DNA of 64,000 nt from a bacterium (GTDB taxonomy: Bacteria; Sysuimicrobiota; Sysuimicrobiia; Sysuimicrobiales; Segetimicrobiaceae): NCBI GenBank assembly GCA_035295165.1, contig DATGJN010000117.1, positions 24,114 to 88,113 of the forward strand, written 5' to 3'. Position 1 is the stretch's first letter; every line of letters begins with the position of its first letter. The notes beneath the pieces are model-generated. The model had not been told where the DNA came from, did not search any database, and saw only the letters and a list, made by a program, of their open reading frames with translations. Shown one piece after another: positions 39,625-49,298 of this stretch. The translations under genes were made by a program, and so were the position numbers.

Positions 39625-40541
39625 GGGGCCAGCGCTCCGGATCGCCACAGATCGAGGCAGGCCGGCGCGACGTCGGTGATCGCCCGCAGTCGGGGGGCGA
39701 GCGCGTCCCGCCCGGCCCCCACCAGCAGCGCCGGCACCGGGTTGAGGGTGTGCGCGCGGGTCCGCGCGTCCTCGAGGTTGCCGTGGTCGCTCGTCAGCAA
39801 GACGAGGGTCTCCCGCGCATCGACGGCCGCGAGCGCCGCGCCCAACATGCGGTCGAGCCGCTCGATGACCTCGACGGGATCGCCGGTGCGACCGTGCCCC
39901 GCGAGATCCGTTTCGAAGAACTCGAACAGCGTGAACTGGTGCTGCCCCGCGATCGCGCCCAGCCGGCGCCCCGCTTCCTCGGGGGCCACCGCGGGGACGT
40001 CGATCCCCTGGCGGCGTAGCCACGTGTTCGTGAGATCATGGTAGACGGCGCGCCCGGCGCGCAAGTCGTCGAGATCGCGAAGTCGCACCCCGGCCTGCAT
40101 CGCGTTGAGCGTGATCGCCGCGTGACGTAGCCGCCGGGCGGTCACCGCGGCGAAGTACCCATCGGTGTAGGCGTTGGCGAGGGCGGCCGGCACGTCGGCC
40201 GCCCGAAGCCGGACCAGGAGTCCTCGGGACGCCAGCAAGCTCCGCAGCGACGGCGTTGGATATGCGGTGACGTGGCGCCCGAGCAGCGCGGGGGCGTTCT
40301 CGCCGGTGAGCAGCGCCGTCTGTCCCGTCGCGCTCTGGGGGAGGCCGGCGACTCCGAGCCGCGCGTCAAGCGGCACGAGGGTCGCGCGCTCGGTCCGCAC
40401 CCGCTCGCGTCCGGCGAGTGGACCGTCGAGCAGCGCGTGGAGCGTCGGCGTGTGCGCGCGCACAAAGGGGTTGGCCGCGGGGTCGCGGTCTCCCAGCCCA
40501 ACGCCGTCCACGAACACGAGCAGCATCCGCACGGGCTGCAT
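39621..40541 (-). CDS. alkaline-phosphatase-superfamily 'metalloenzyme' domain protein (cofactor-independent phosphoglycerate mutase / phosphopentomutase-related)
   Basis: MLLVFVDGVGLG...TSDHGNLED motif layout of the PF01676-like family. Exact activity not inferable. Confidence 0.5.
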   Translation of the reverse strand: MQPVRMLLVFVDGVGLGDRDPAANPFVRAHTPTLHALLDGPLAGRERVRTERATLVPLDARLGVAGLPQSATGQTALLTGENAPALLGRHVTAYPTPSLRSLLASRGLLVRLRAADVPAALANAYTDGYFAAVTARRLRHAAITLNAMQAGVRLRDLDDLRAGRAVYHDLTNTWLRRQGIDVPAVAPEEAGRRLGAIAGQHQFTLFEFFETDLAGHGRTGDPVEVIERLDRMLGAALAAVDARETLVLLTSDHGNLEDARTRAHTLNPVPALLVGAGRDALAPRLRAITDVAPACLDLWRSGALAP

Positions 40542-40854
40542 GCTACCATATTACTCCACGGACTCGACCGGGGATGTCCCCGGAGTGCGCCGCGTATGTG
40601 GGCCCCGCGCCAAAGACGCCCTTTCGCACGGATCCCAGCGGTGCGCCCATGGATCGGCTCACTCCGGTGATGCGAAGAAGACCCCACCCACCTGCACGCC
40701 CACCCGGACGCGTAGCTAGCCTGTGCGGCTCCCGACGCCGAATCCGCCGAGACGCCCGCCTGCCGGTACACGCCCGCACGATCCACGGTGGGCGCGCGAT
40801 CGCCCCCGGCGCCCGCCAAACGTGGCCGACGCCGGCACCGGCCGGCGCGCCGCG

Positions 40855-41487
40855 TCAGCGCACCGGCCGCGAGAGAAAGGGCGATCCGCGCTCGACGAAC
40901 CGCCGCCGCGCGTCCGTTGCCACCGAGATGCCGATGCGCGGCGTGCGGACCACGGCCGGCGGGCGCGGGCCCCGAGCCAGATACAGCGGCCCGGCGACGA
41001 GGTCCGCGCGGTTGTCCGCGAGCGTGATGCCGAGCGCCTGCGTGAGCCGCCCCGGACCGCTCGCAAGCAACCGCGCGTCGCCGACCCCACGCCGACGGCG
41101 CATGAGGTCCAAGCCCGCGATGGGCTCGAGCGCACGGATGAGCACGGCTCCGGCGCGCCCCTCGGGCTCGGTCACGACGTTCACGCAGGCGTGGTTGCCG
41201 TAGCTGAAGTACACGTACGCGGTTCCCGGCCGGCTCCACATCACTTCGCTGCGCGAGGTGCGCCGGTACGCGTGGCTCGCCGGATCCCGGGGGCCCAGGT
41301 ACGCCTCCACCTCCACCAGGCGTCCGGCGGTCCGCCCCTCCACCGACTGGTGCACCAGGTAACAGCCGACGAGGTCACGCGCCACCGCGAGCGTACTCCG
41401 GGCGAAGAACGCACGCGGCAGCCGGCGAAACGCGCGCGGCGGCATGTCCGGCGGCACCGTGACCGACGGCCGGCGCCGATGTGTCAT
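40855..41487 (-). CDS. mpg: DNA-3-methyladenine glycosylase (Mpg/AAG family)
   Basis: [23 protein letters not shown]...[17 protein letters not shown]...[15 protein letters not shown]...[14 protein letters not shown] at 41487 overlaps the polX stop (ATGA). Confidence 0.8.
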   Translation of the reverse strand: MTHRRRPSVTVPPDMPPRAFRRLPRAFFARSTLAVARDLVGCYLVHQSVEGRTAGRLVEVEAYLGPRDPASHAYRRTSRSEVMWSRPGTAYVYFSYGNHACVNVVTEPEGRAGAVLIRALEPIAGLDLMRRRRGVGDARLLASGPGRLTQALGITLADNRADLVAGPLYLARGPRPPAVVRTPRIGISVATDARRRFVERGSPFLSRPVR

Positions 41488-43208
41488 CCGCGCAAGAAGT
41501 CGAGCAGCGTCGCGAGCGGCCAGGCGTTGATCACGTCTTTCGGCTCCACCCATCCCCGTCGCGCGGTGCCGACGCCGTATTCGATCTGCGCGAAATGCTC
41601 CTTGCGGTGGGCGTCGCTGCCGATCTCGAACAGCACGCCGCGGTCCCGCGCGAGGCGCACGTGCGTGTCACGCAGGTCGAGGCGTTCAGGGGAGGCGTTG
41701 ATCTCCAGCACCGTCCCGGTCTGGTGCGCCACGTCCACCACCGCCTCCATGTCGAGGTCCATCGGCTCGCGCTCGCCCACGAGTCGGCCGGTGGGATGAC
41801 CGAGCACGTCGAGGTGCGGGTGCTCCAGCGCGCGCACGACGCGCCGGGTCAACGCCTCGCGCGTCATCTGCATCCGGGAGTGCACCGACCCGATCACCAG
41901 GTCGAGCGAGGCGAGCACGTCGTCCGGGTAGTCGAGCGATCCGTCAGCGAGAATGTCCACCTCGGCACCGATCAGGACGCGGATGCCTACCCGCTCGCTG
42001 ACCTCCGCGACGGTCCGGACGTGCTCCCGCAGCGCGTCCACGGTCACACCGCCAGCGAACTTGAGCGACTGAGAGTGATCGGTGACGCACACGTAGGCGT
42101 ACCCGCGGGCCTTGGCGGCCCGCGCCATCGCCTCGACAGCATCCTGCCCGTCGCTCCACGTCGTATGCATGTGCAGGTCCCCGCGGATGTCCTCGAGGGC
42201 GACGAGCGCGGGCAAGGCGCCGCGCTGTGCGAGTTCAAGCTCGCCCTGCCCCTCGCGGATCTCGGGAGGCACCCACGGCAGCCCGACCGCGCCGTAGACT
42301 TCCTCCTCGGTGCGCCCCGCGATCCGCCGATCGTCTGCGAGGGTGAACACGCCGTACTCGTTGATCTTGAGCCCCCGGCGCACGCCCATCTCGCGAAGTT
42401 GCACGTTGTGGTCCTTGCTCCCGGTGAAATACTGCAGCGCGGCGCCGTACGCGTCGGGCTCCACGGCCCGGACGTCGCACTGCACGCCCAGTCGGCCGAG
42501 GATCACGCTGCTGCGCGTCGGCCCGCGCGAGAGAACCTCTCCGACCTGCGGCAGGCCCACGAAGGTGTCCATCACCGCCTCGGGCGCCCGCGTGGCCACG
42601 ACGAGATCGATGTCCGCGATCGTGTCGCGCATGCGTCGGAGGCTGCCGGCGAGGGCGAGCGCCTCCACGCCGGGCGCGCGACGAAGCGCATCCTCGATCG
42701 CGTGCGCATACGGCAGCACGGCGCCGAGCGGATGGCGGGTCCCCTGGCGACGCCGGCGTTCGATACCGCGGAGGATGTTCGCTTCGGTCTTCGCGCCCAT
42801 CCGGGGAAGCTCGCGGATCTGCCCGGCGAGGGCGGCGCGCTCGAGCGCGTCCATGTCGGCGATCCCGAGGTGATCGAACAAGAGACGCGCGGTCTTGGGG
42901 CCGACCTCCGGGATCGTCATCAGCTCCGACAGCCCCCGCGGAAGCTCGCGCTGCAGCTCTTGGTGGTACCCGACGGCGCCGGTCTTGAGGTATTCCTCGA
43001 TCTTCTCCGCCAGCTTCGCCCCGATCCCTCCGACCTTGCGCAGGTCACCGCGCTGCGCGATCGTGGCGACGTCCTCGCCGAGGCTCTCGAGCGCACGCGC
43101 GGCCCGTCGGTAGGCGTTGATGCGGAACGTCGACTCCTGCTTGATCTCCAGAAAGTCGGCGATCTCGGAGAAGACTCTGGCCAGCTCCAGGTTGTGGGAC
43201 GTCGGCAC
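41484..43208 (-). CDS. polX: family X DNA polymerase with C-terminal PHP 3'-5' exonuclease domain (PolX)
   Basis: N-terminal HhH/8-kDa and Pol beta-like core ([18 protein letters not shown]). PHP motifs ([11 protein letters not shown]...VTDHS). Confidence 0.9.
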   Translation of the reverse strand: MPTSHNLELARVFSEIADFLEIKQESTFRINAYRRAARALESLGEDVATIAQRGDLRKVGGIGAKLAEKIEEYLKTGAVGYHQELQRELPRGLSELMTIPEVGPKTARLLFDHLGIADMDALERAALAGQIRELPRMGAKTEANILRGIERRRRQGTRHPLGAVLPYAHAIEDALRRAPGVEALALAGSLRRMRDTIADIDLVVATRAPEAVMDTFVGLPQVGEVLSRGPTRSSVILGRLGVQCDVRAVEPDAYGAALQYFTGSKDHNVQLREMGVRRGLKINEYGVFTLADDRRIAGRTEEEVYGAVGLPWVPPEIREGQGELELAQRGALPALVALEDIRGDLHMHTTWSDGQDAVEAMARAAKARGYAYVCVTDHSQSLKFAGGVTVDALREHVRTVAEVSERVGIRVLIGAEVDILADGSLDYPDDVLASLDLVIGSVHSRMQMTREALTRRVVRALEHPHLDVLGHPTGRLVGEREPMDLDMEAVVDVAHQTGTVLEINASPERLDLRDTHVRLARDRGVLFEIGSDAHRKEHFAQIEYGVGTARRGWVEPKDVINAWPLATLLDFLRG

Positions 43209-43739
43209 CTAGAACGTCGCGCCGCCGGGCCCGATCCGCGGCACGCGCACAGGAAGCACCGGAAGCAGCATGGTCGTGACGCGGGCGCCTCCGGTGAGCA
43301 GGTACGGCGCAACCATCGAACGGGACGCGTCGGCCGACACGACGGCTCGAAACGGCGCGGCCAGACTCACGGCGAGCAGCGCGGCGACGAGTACCAGACC
43401 TCGCACGGCGCCCAGCAGCGCGCCGACCAGCCCGGACGCGGGGAACGGCAGCCCGCCCAAGGCCAGCCGGAGCAGCAAGGAGGTCGGCCAATAACACACG
43501 AGCCAGATCAGAAGAAAACAGCCCAAGGCTCCCCACGGGAGCGGGACCATCGGCAGGAACTGCACCACACCCCGGGCGGCGTCGGCGTAGAGTGCGGACG
43601 CGGCAAAGAACGCGGCCACCAGGGCGACAAGATCGGCGAGCCCGCCCCATACCCCGTAGCGGGACCCCCGCAGGACCGACACCAGCACGATCGCCAGCGT
43701 CACCCAGTCGATCCAGTTGAGTACAATGGTCCGGGACAT
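43209..43739 (-). CDS. cvpA: CvpA-family membrane protein
   Basis: MSRTIVLNWIDWVTLAIVLVSVLRG... four TM segments. Confidence 0.7.
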   Translation of the reverse strand: MSRTIVLNWIDWVTLAIVLVSVLRGSRYGVWGGLADLVALVAAFFAASALYADAARGVVQFLPMVPLPWGALGCFLLIWLVCYWPTSLLLRLALGGLPFPASGLVGALLGAVRGLVLVAALLAVSLAAPFRAVVSADASRSMVAPYLLTGGARVTTMLLPVLPVRVPRIGPGGATF

Positions 43740-43770
43740 CTCGCCGGCCGCCTCTCCCTCCGGGTCCGCG

Positions 43771-46050
43771 TCACTCGCGGAGCTGGGCCCCGGCCTCCGT
43801 GCGTAGCGCTATTCGGACCTGTAGCATAATTTCCTCTGCCTCCTCGGCAACCAGCGTGCGGTCGGGCGCCCGCAACCGCAGCCGGTAGGCAAGGTTGCGG
43901 TGGTCCCGCGGGATCGGCGCGCCGGTGTACACGTCGAACAGGTCGATCGCTTCGAGCAGCGGCCCGGCCGCCGCGCGAATGATCGCTTCGACCCGGCCCG
44001 CGGGCACCGTCTCCGGCAGGACCACGGCGAGGTCGCGTTCGATTTCGGGGTAGCGCGGCAGGCCGGTGAACGTGCGAGCCGGCACGAGCGATCGCGGCAC
44101 GGGCGGGACGGGCATCTCGTCGCTCACGCGGTCGTCGCCTCCTCGACCGCCGGCGAGCGCGTACAGCGCTTCGAGATCTATCTCCGCGAGATACGCACGG
44201 TGCGGCAGTTTGTGCGGCGAGGCGAGATCCGGATGCAGCTCGCCGAATCGTGCGACGAGCCGGTCGCCGATCCGGACCTCCGCCGAGCGGCCGGGATGCC
44301 ACCACCCCGCGCGGCTCAACGAGGGCGGATCTCCGCTCCCAGCGGAAGCGGGTCGCTGCCGCTCCGCGGACTCACGGACCTCCGCCACCTCGTGTGCCGG
44401 GACCGCGAGCTCGGCCAACAGCGCATCCAGGATCCACCGAAGGTGGTAGAAGTCCACGACCGCCTGATCCGCCGGCACGTTCCATCCGGCGCGCCAGCGG
44501 CCTGTCGCGGCGATCGCCAGGCTGCGCCGCTCGTCGGGACCGCTGCCCGCGCCCGGTAAGAACACACGGCCGAGTTCGAACACCTGCGCATCCGCGATCC
44601 GCCGCGCGGCGTTGGTGGCGAGCACCGCCAGCGCCCCGGGGATCAGCGATCGGCGGAGCGCGTTGTGGTCCTGGGTCAACGGATTCGCGATTGCGACGAG
44701 CGGCTCGGTATCGTCGGCGTCCGGCGCGGCGCGGACCAGCGTGAGCGTCATCGCTTCGACGAGGCCGCAGCGTGTCAACACGTCGCGCACGCGCCGGTCG
44801 GTCGCCAGCGCGGGCGCCACGCTCCCGGGCGTCGTGTCCCCGATGGGCAGCGTGGGTGGGACGCGGTCGTAACCGTACACGCGGATGACTTCTTCGATCA
44901 GGTCTTCCTCCACCACCACGTCCGGCCGAAATGTCGGAGCCTGCACGGTCAGCGCGCGGCCAGGCGTCACCCGGCATCCGAGCGCACGGAGAATGCGGAC
45001 CATCTCACGAGGAGCGATCTCAACGCCCAGCACCGACACCGCTCGGTCGGGTCGCAGACGGATCGTCTTCGGGGTCACCAGTCGAGGATACACGTCCACC
45101 ATGCCGGGGAGCACCCGTCCGCCGGAGGTCTCAGCGACAAGCACCGCGGCCCGCATCTGCGCCCGCGGCGGCCCGTTCGGATCAGCGCCCCGTTCGAACC
45201 GTGCGCCAGCCTCTGTGCGCACGCCCAACCGGCGTGCGGCGCGCCCGATCACGAGAGGATTCCAGTACGCGGCCTCGAGGAGGACCGTCGTCGTGCGCGG
45301 CCCGATCTCCGTGTCCGCGCCGCCGATGATGCCGGCGATCGAGACCGACCGCCGATCGTCGGCGACGACTAGCATCTCGTCGTCGAGCGCCCGTGTGACC
45401 CCGTCGAGCGTCTCCAGCGTCTCGCCCGGCCGCGCACGCCGCACGACGAGCCGGTGTCCGGCGACGGCGTCGTAGTCGAATGCATGCATCGGCTGACCGG
45501 ACTCCAGCATCACGTAGTTGGTCACGTCCACGATGTTGTTGATCGCGCGGACGCCCGCGGCCTCGAGCCGGCGCTGCATCCAGGCGGGCGACGGCCCGAC
45601 GCGAACACCCTCGATCACCGTGGCGGTGAACCGGGGGCACCCCACGGCGTCCTCGACGTCGACCCGCACCCGATCCTCGGCCGTCGCGCGCGCCGCGGCC
45701 GCGGCAGCCCCGATGGGGGCCGCCCCACGGCGCGGGGATGTGGCCGCTCGGCCGGTCCGCCGGCGCGGACGGGCCAGCGACGCCCCTTGCCGCCCCTCCG
45801 TCCGCGGGTCGGGGTAGCCGTGGGGATAGCGCAGCGGGTGGCCGAGCAGCAGCGCGACCTCGCGGCCCACCCCGAGCACGCTCATGCAGTCGGGACGGTT
45901 GGCCGTCACCTCGAGGTCCAGCACCACGTCGTCGGCGACGTGCGCGATCTCCTCGGCCGGAAGCCCGACCCCCGCAAGGCGCTCCGCAAGCACTTCGGGC
46001 GCCACACCCACCGTCACGTACTCCCGCAGCCAGTCAAGCGGTACCCGCAT
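43771..46050 (-). CDS. pheT: phenylalanine--tRNA ligase beta subunit (short form, no N-terminal EMAP/tRNA-binding domain)
   Basis: MRVPLDWLREYV..., B3/B4 region (ANRPDCMSVLGVGREVA), B5, and a C-terminal anticodon-binding domain. ATG at 46050 with GAGGGGAG RBS. Confidence 0.93.
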   Translation of the reverse strand: MRVPLDWLREYVTVGVAPEVLAERLAGVGLPAEEIAHVADDVVLDLEVTANRPDCMSVLGVGREVALLLGHPLRYPHGYPDPRTEGRQGASLARPRRRTGRAATSPRRGAAPIGAAAAAARATAEDRVRVDVEDAVGCPRFTATVIEGVRVGPSPAWMQRRLEAAGVRAINNIVDVTNYVMLESGQPMHAFDYDAVAGHRLVVRRARPGETLETLDGVTRALDDEMLVVADDRRSVSIAGIIGGADTEIGPRTTTVLLEAAYWNPLVIGRAARRLGVRTEAGARFERGADPNGPPRAQMRAAVLVAETSGGRVLPGMVDVYPRLVTPKTIRLRPDRAVSVLGVEIAPREMVRILRALGCRVTPGRALTVQAPTFRPDVVVEEDLIEEVIRVYGYDRVPPTLPIGDTTPGSVAPALATDRRVRDVLTRCGLVEAMTLTLVRAAPDADDTEPLVAIANPLTQDHNALRRSLIPGALAVLATNAARRIADAQVFELGRVFLPGAGSGPDERRSLAIAATGRWRAGWNVPADQAVVDFYHLRWILDALLAELAVPAHEVAEVRESAERQRPASAGSGDPPSLSRAGWWHPGRSAEVRIGDRLVARFGELHPDLASPHKLPHRAYLAEIDLEALYALAGGRGGDDRVSDEMPVPPVPRSLVPARTFTGLPRYPEIERDLAVVLPETVPAGRVEAIIRAAAGPLLEAIDLFDVYTGAPIPRDHRNLAYRLRLRAPDRTLVAEEAEEIMLQVRIALRTEAGAQLRE

Positions 46051-46061
46051 CGGCGCTCCCC

Positions 46062-47087
46062 TCAAACCTGCCGCAGAAAGCGGAGATCGTTCTCGTAGAA
46101 CAGCCGGATGTCGTCGATCCGGTGTCGGAGCATCGCGGGCCGCTCCACGCCCATGCCGAACGCGAACGCGGTGTAGCGTTGCGGATCGATCCTGGACATC
46201 TCGAGGACGCGGGGATGAAACATCCCGCAGCCGAGGATCTCAAGCCAGCCGGACCGCTTGCACACGGCGCACCCCCGGCCGCCGCAGATCACGCAGGAGA
46301 TCGCCATCTCCGCGCTCGGCTCCGTGAACGGGAAGTACGACGGCACGAACCGCGCGCGGGTCTCCGGTCCGAAGAACGCCTGGGCGAAGTGCAGCAGCAC
46401 GCCTTTGAGATCCGAGAAGCGCACCCCCTCACCGACCATGAACCCGTCGACCTGCTGAAACATCGGCGAGTGACTCGCGTCCACCGGGTCGCGCCGGTAG
46501 CAGTGCCCGTACGAGATCGCCCGCATCGGTGGGCGGCGGCAGTCCATGACGTGCACGTCCACGACCGTCGTGTGCGTGCGCAACAGCCACTCGCCCCCGA
46601 GGTAGAACGAGTCTTGCGCGTCGCGCGCAGGATGGTACGGTGGCATGTTCAGCCGCTCGAAGTTGTCGTGGTCGCGCTCGACCTCGGGGCCCTCGACGAC
46701 TTCGAACCCGAGCCCGAGGAAGATCTGCGCGACGTCCTCCATCGCTCTCGACAGCACGTGCGTCCGGCCCGACGCAAGCGGACGCCCGGGCAGCGTGACA
46801 TCGATCCGCTCGTCCGCGAGCCGTGTCTGTCGCCCCGCAGCCGCCAGCGTCTCCGCGCGGCGCTGGACGGCGTCCTCGACTGCGGCTTTCAGCGCGTTCA
46901 GCACCTGGCCGAGCCGGGGACGGTCCTCCGCGGACGCGCGCCCGAGCGCCCGGAACGCCTGGGCGATGACGCCCTGGCGGCCGAGATATCGGACGCGCAC
47001 TTCCTCCAGCGCCGTCTCCGTCGTGGCGTCCCTGCACGCCTGCTGCGCCTCGCGCTCGATCTCCGGGATCCGGTCCAACTCCGTCAT
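46062..47087 (-). CDS. pheS: phenylalanine--tRNA ligase alpha subunit
   Basis: MTELDRIPEIEREAQQ... with class II motifs 1-3 (FPFTEPSAE, GMGVERPAML). ATG near 47087, plus or minus 1-2 nt, with GGAGGAGGG RBS. Confidence 0.9.
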   Translation of the reverse strand: MTELDRIPEIEREAQQACRDATTETALEEVRVRYLGRQGVIAQAFRALGRASAEDRPRLGQVLNALKAAVEDAVQRRAETLAAAGRQTRLADERIDVTLPGRPLASGRTHVLSRAMEDVAQIFLGLGFEVVEGPEVERDHDNFERLNMPPYHPARDAQDSFYLGGEWLLRTHTTVVDVHVMDCRRPPMRAISYGHCYRRDPVDASHSPMFQQVDGFMVGEGVRFSDLKGVLLHFAQAFFGPETRARFVPSYFPFTEPSAEMAISCVICGGRGCAVCKRSGWLEILGCGMFHPRVLEMSRIDPQRYTAFAFGMGVERPAMLRHRIDDIRLFYENDLRFLRQV

Positions 47088-47126
47088 GCGCCCTCCTCCG
47101 GCGCGCTGCGGCGCGTCCGGTTCGGC

Positions 47127-47395
47127 AACAAAAAAACGCACCTCCGTCCAAGGGACGGAAGTGCAGCTTCCGCGGTCCCACCCTTCTTCCGCCCGCGATC
47201 GTAGGGCCGCGGACGACACTCGATGCACCCCGGGGTACGGGCCGGGCGCCCTGTCTGCCTACAGGCGGCGATCCGCCGCGGTCAGCACACCGCTCGGGAG
47301 TGAACGTGCGCGGCGAGGAACGCGGGCCGGCTCGCAGTCGGTGACCGGCCCTCCCTTGGCGCCGCGATCTCGCGCACCCTCTCCGTCATCGCAAA
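47127..47395 (-). ncRNA. T-box riboswitch leader of pheST: Stem I (GCGAUGACGGAGAGGG...), T-box sequence AGGGUGGGACCGCGG (47170-47184), intrinsic terminator (11-bp stem CACUUCCGUCC/GGACGGAGGUG plus U7, 47129-47164)
   Basis: Reverse complement read directly: GAAGAAGGGTGGGACCGCGGAAGCTGCACTTCCGTCCCTTGGACGGAGGTGCGTTTTTTTGTTGCC, about 40 nt upstream of the pheS RBS. Confidence 0.6.
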
Positions 47396-47435
47396 ACAAC
47401 TCGCTGCGATTGCCCGCCGACCCGGCGTCGTCGGG

Positions 47436-47564
47436 TCAGTTCAGGATCGGCACGATCCAACGCGGATGCCGCGTCGTGAGCTGTCGGTACAGCAGATACG
47501 CCCAGACGGAACCCGTGGTCTCGAATACGCGCCAGAAGCACTCCGGCGTCCACGTGATCTCCAC
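47436..47564 (-). CDS. candidate 42-aa small protein (V/MEITWTPECFWRVFETTGSVWAYLLYRQLTTRHPRWIVPILN), Trp-rich, lower local GC
   Basis: GTG start 6 nt after AGGAGGGG. Extended -10 TGTTATACT at 47650-47658 upstream. Not in the 60-aa-minimum ORF track. Composition unlike GC-driven spurious ORFs. Confidence 0.35.
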   Translation of the reverse strand: MEITWTPECFWRVFETTGSVWAYLLYRQLTTRHPRWIVPILN

Positions 47565-47706
47565 CGCGCCCCTCCTGCGTGCCACGTACGTTTCTGGGGG
47601 CCCCGAAGGAAACGACCGCCGTCGCGGATGGCCCTCTGAGGTTGGTCCCAGTATAACACAGCCTCGCTGGCTGCGTCACGCACTCAGCCGCGGCGGGTAG
47701 CTGTTC

Positions 47707-47752
47707 AATGATTTTGTCACCCCGGAACTGCTCAGTGATTCTGTCACCCTGG
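47707..47752. repeat. tandem 19-bp imperfect direct repeat (AATGATTTTGTCACCCCGG / AGTGATTCTGTCACCCTGG, period 27 bp); each copy contains a CRP/FNR-like GTGA-N5-TCAC half-palindrome
   Basis: Seen directly. Positioned about -45 to -95 relative to the putative TSS of the small-ORF promoter. Confidence 0.4.
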
Positions 47753-47790
47753 GAGGATGGACAGGGAGACGATCACCGGACGCGCGTGCG

Positions 47791-48603
47791 TTAGGACAGA
47801 CCCGCGGCGCGGTAGAGCAGAATCGCCGCCGCAGCGGCGACGTTGAGCGACTCCACACCGTCCGCGATCGGGAGGCGCACGGCCTCGGCGCCGGCGCGCC
47901 ACCACGCTGCGTCGGCGCCCGCGCCTTCGTTGCCGAAGATCATCGCCAGCGGCCGATCGAACGACGCCTCGGCGACCAGCCGCCCGCCGCGCGGGGCCGC
48001 CACCAGCAGCCGAACGCCTCGCCGGCGCAGCTCCTCGGCGGCCGTCGCGGCGGTCGCCGCGTGCAGGAGCGGCATGCGGAACGCCGTGCCCGCGGATGCC
48101 CGCAGCGCCTTCGCACCGAACGGATCCGCCGCGCCGCCGACCGTCACCGCGCCCGTCGCCCCGACGGCCGCAGCGGTACGCAGAATCGCCCCCACATTTC
48201 CGGGATCCTGGACGGCGTCGAGCACGACGAGCAGCGCGTCCGGCCGGTCCAGCTCGGAGGGGGACGCCGGCGCGGGCCTCCGCGCGATCCCGAGCGCGCC
48301 CTGAGGCGTCTCGACCTGCGCCACCGCGGCAAACACGTCGCGCGCGACGAGTACTTCGCGCGCGCCCAGCGCCTGCAGATCTCGGCGCAACGGCGCGTAA
48401 CGCGCATCGCCGGCGGCGTCGGGCGTGTAGACGACGGCCTCGAAGCGTGCACCGGCCGAGGCGGCGGCGGCGAGCGCGCGCCACCCCTCAACGGCCACGC
48501 GGTCCGCCTCCCGGTGCGGCGAACGCAGCAGCGCGCGCAGATCGCGGATGAATGGATTGCCGCGGCTCGTGATCACGACACCCGACCGTGCCAGAGAGCG
48601 CAT
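47791..48603 (-). CDS. TrmH/SpoU-family RNA 2'-O-methyltransferase (RlmB-like)
   Basis: SPOUT motifs (LVVLDAVQDPGNVGAILRTAAAVGA; IFGNEGAGA; LNVAAAAAILLYR). Confidence 0.8.
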   Translation of the reverse strand: MRSLARSGVVITSRGNPFIRDLRALLRSPHREADRVAVEGWRALAAAASAGARFEAVVYTPDAAGDARYAPLRRDLQALGAREVLVARDVFAAVAQVETPQGALGIARRPAPASPSELDRPDALLVVLDAVQDPGNVGAILRTAAAVGATGAVTVGGAADPFGAKALRASAGTAFRMPLLHAATAATAAEELRRRGVRLLVAAPRGGRLVAEASFDRPLAMIFGNEGAGADAAWWRAGAEAVRLPIADGVESLNVAAAAAILLYRAAGLS

Positions 48604-48664
48604 ACACAAGGCCCTCCCCGTGTTTGGGGAGGGCCCTCCGCGCGCATCGCGTGCACGTCCGCGG

Positions 48665-49018
48665 CTACTTGTCGACTTGAGCCCGTTTGACGAGCGCCTC
48701 GAACGCGTGACCGTCCCGCACCGCGAGATCGGCCAGGATCTTCCGGTTCACCTGGATGCCGGCGCGGCGCAACCCGCAGATCAGGCGGCTGTACGAGGTG
48801 CCGTGGGTTCTCGCCGCCGCGTTGATCCGGGCGATCCAGAGACGGCGGAAGTCGCGCTTCCGCGCGCGCCGGTGCGCGTAGGCCTGCGCCAGCGCCCGCA
48901 GCACCGTCTGGTTGGCCATCTTGAACCAACGGCTCTTCTTGCCCCAGTATCCCTTGGCCAGCTTCAGCACCTTGCGGTGCCGGTGTCTGGCCGCCATCCC
49001 TCTCTTTACGCGTGCCAT
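48665..49018 (-). CDS. rplT: 50S ribosomal protein L20
   Basis: [37 protein letters not shown]... canonical. Confidence 0.96.
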   Translation of the reverse strand: MARVKRGMAARHRHRKVLKLAKGYWGKKSRWFKMANQTVLRALAQAYAHRRARKRDFRRLWIARINAAARTHGTSYSRLICGLRRAGIQVNRKILADLAVRDGHAFEALVKRAQVDK

Positions 49019-49048
49019 CGAACGACCCCCCTCCTCACAAGCTACGCG

Positions 49049-49246
49049 CTACCTGTACGGGAGCAGCCGCTCGATCCGCGCCGCATCCTGCGTTCCGATC
49101 TCCCGTGTCTGCCGGAGCGACCGCTTTCGCGATCCCCGCTTGTGCTCCATCAGGTGCCCGCCCAACTGACGGCCGCGTATCAGCTTGCCGCGGCCGGTGA
49201 CGCGAATCCGCTTCGACGCGCCCCCGTGTGTCTTCAGTTTCGGCAT
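49049..49246 (-). CDS. rpmI: 50S ribosomal protein L35
   Basis: MPKLKTHGGASKRIRVTGRGKLIRGRQ... canonical. Confidence 0.95.
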   Translation of the reverse strand: MPKLKTHGGASKRIRVTGRGKLIRGRQLGGHLMEHKRGSRKRSLRQTREIGTQDAARIERLLPYR

Positions 49247-49298
49247 CTCGTCCCCCCTCCCGCCCGACGCCCGACGGCGCCCGACGCTGCGAGTGGTG

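Noticed and set aside
44300-44480. Arg/Ala-rich low-complexity stretch within PheT (…PRRRTGRAATSPRRGAAPIGAAAAAARATAEDR…), considered as a possible insertion or frameshift.
   Set aside because: It lies in a loop region that is variable among PheT sequences, and the reading frame is continuous with conserved flanks. Consistent with GC-driven low-complexity expansion.
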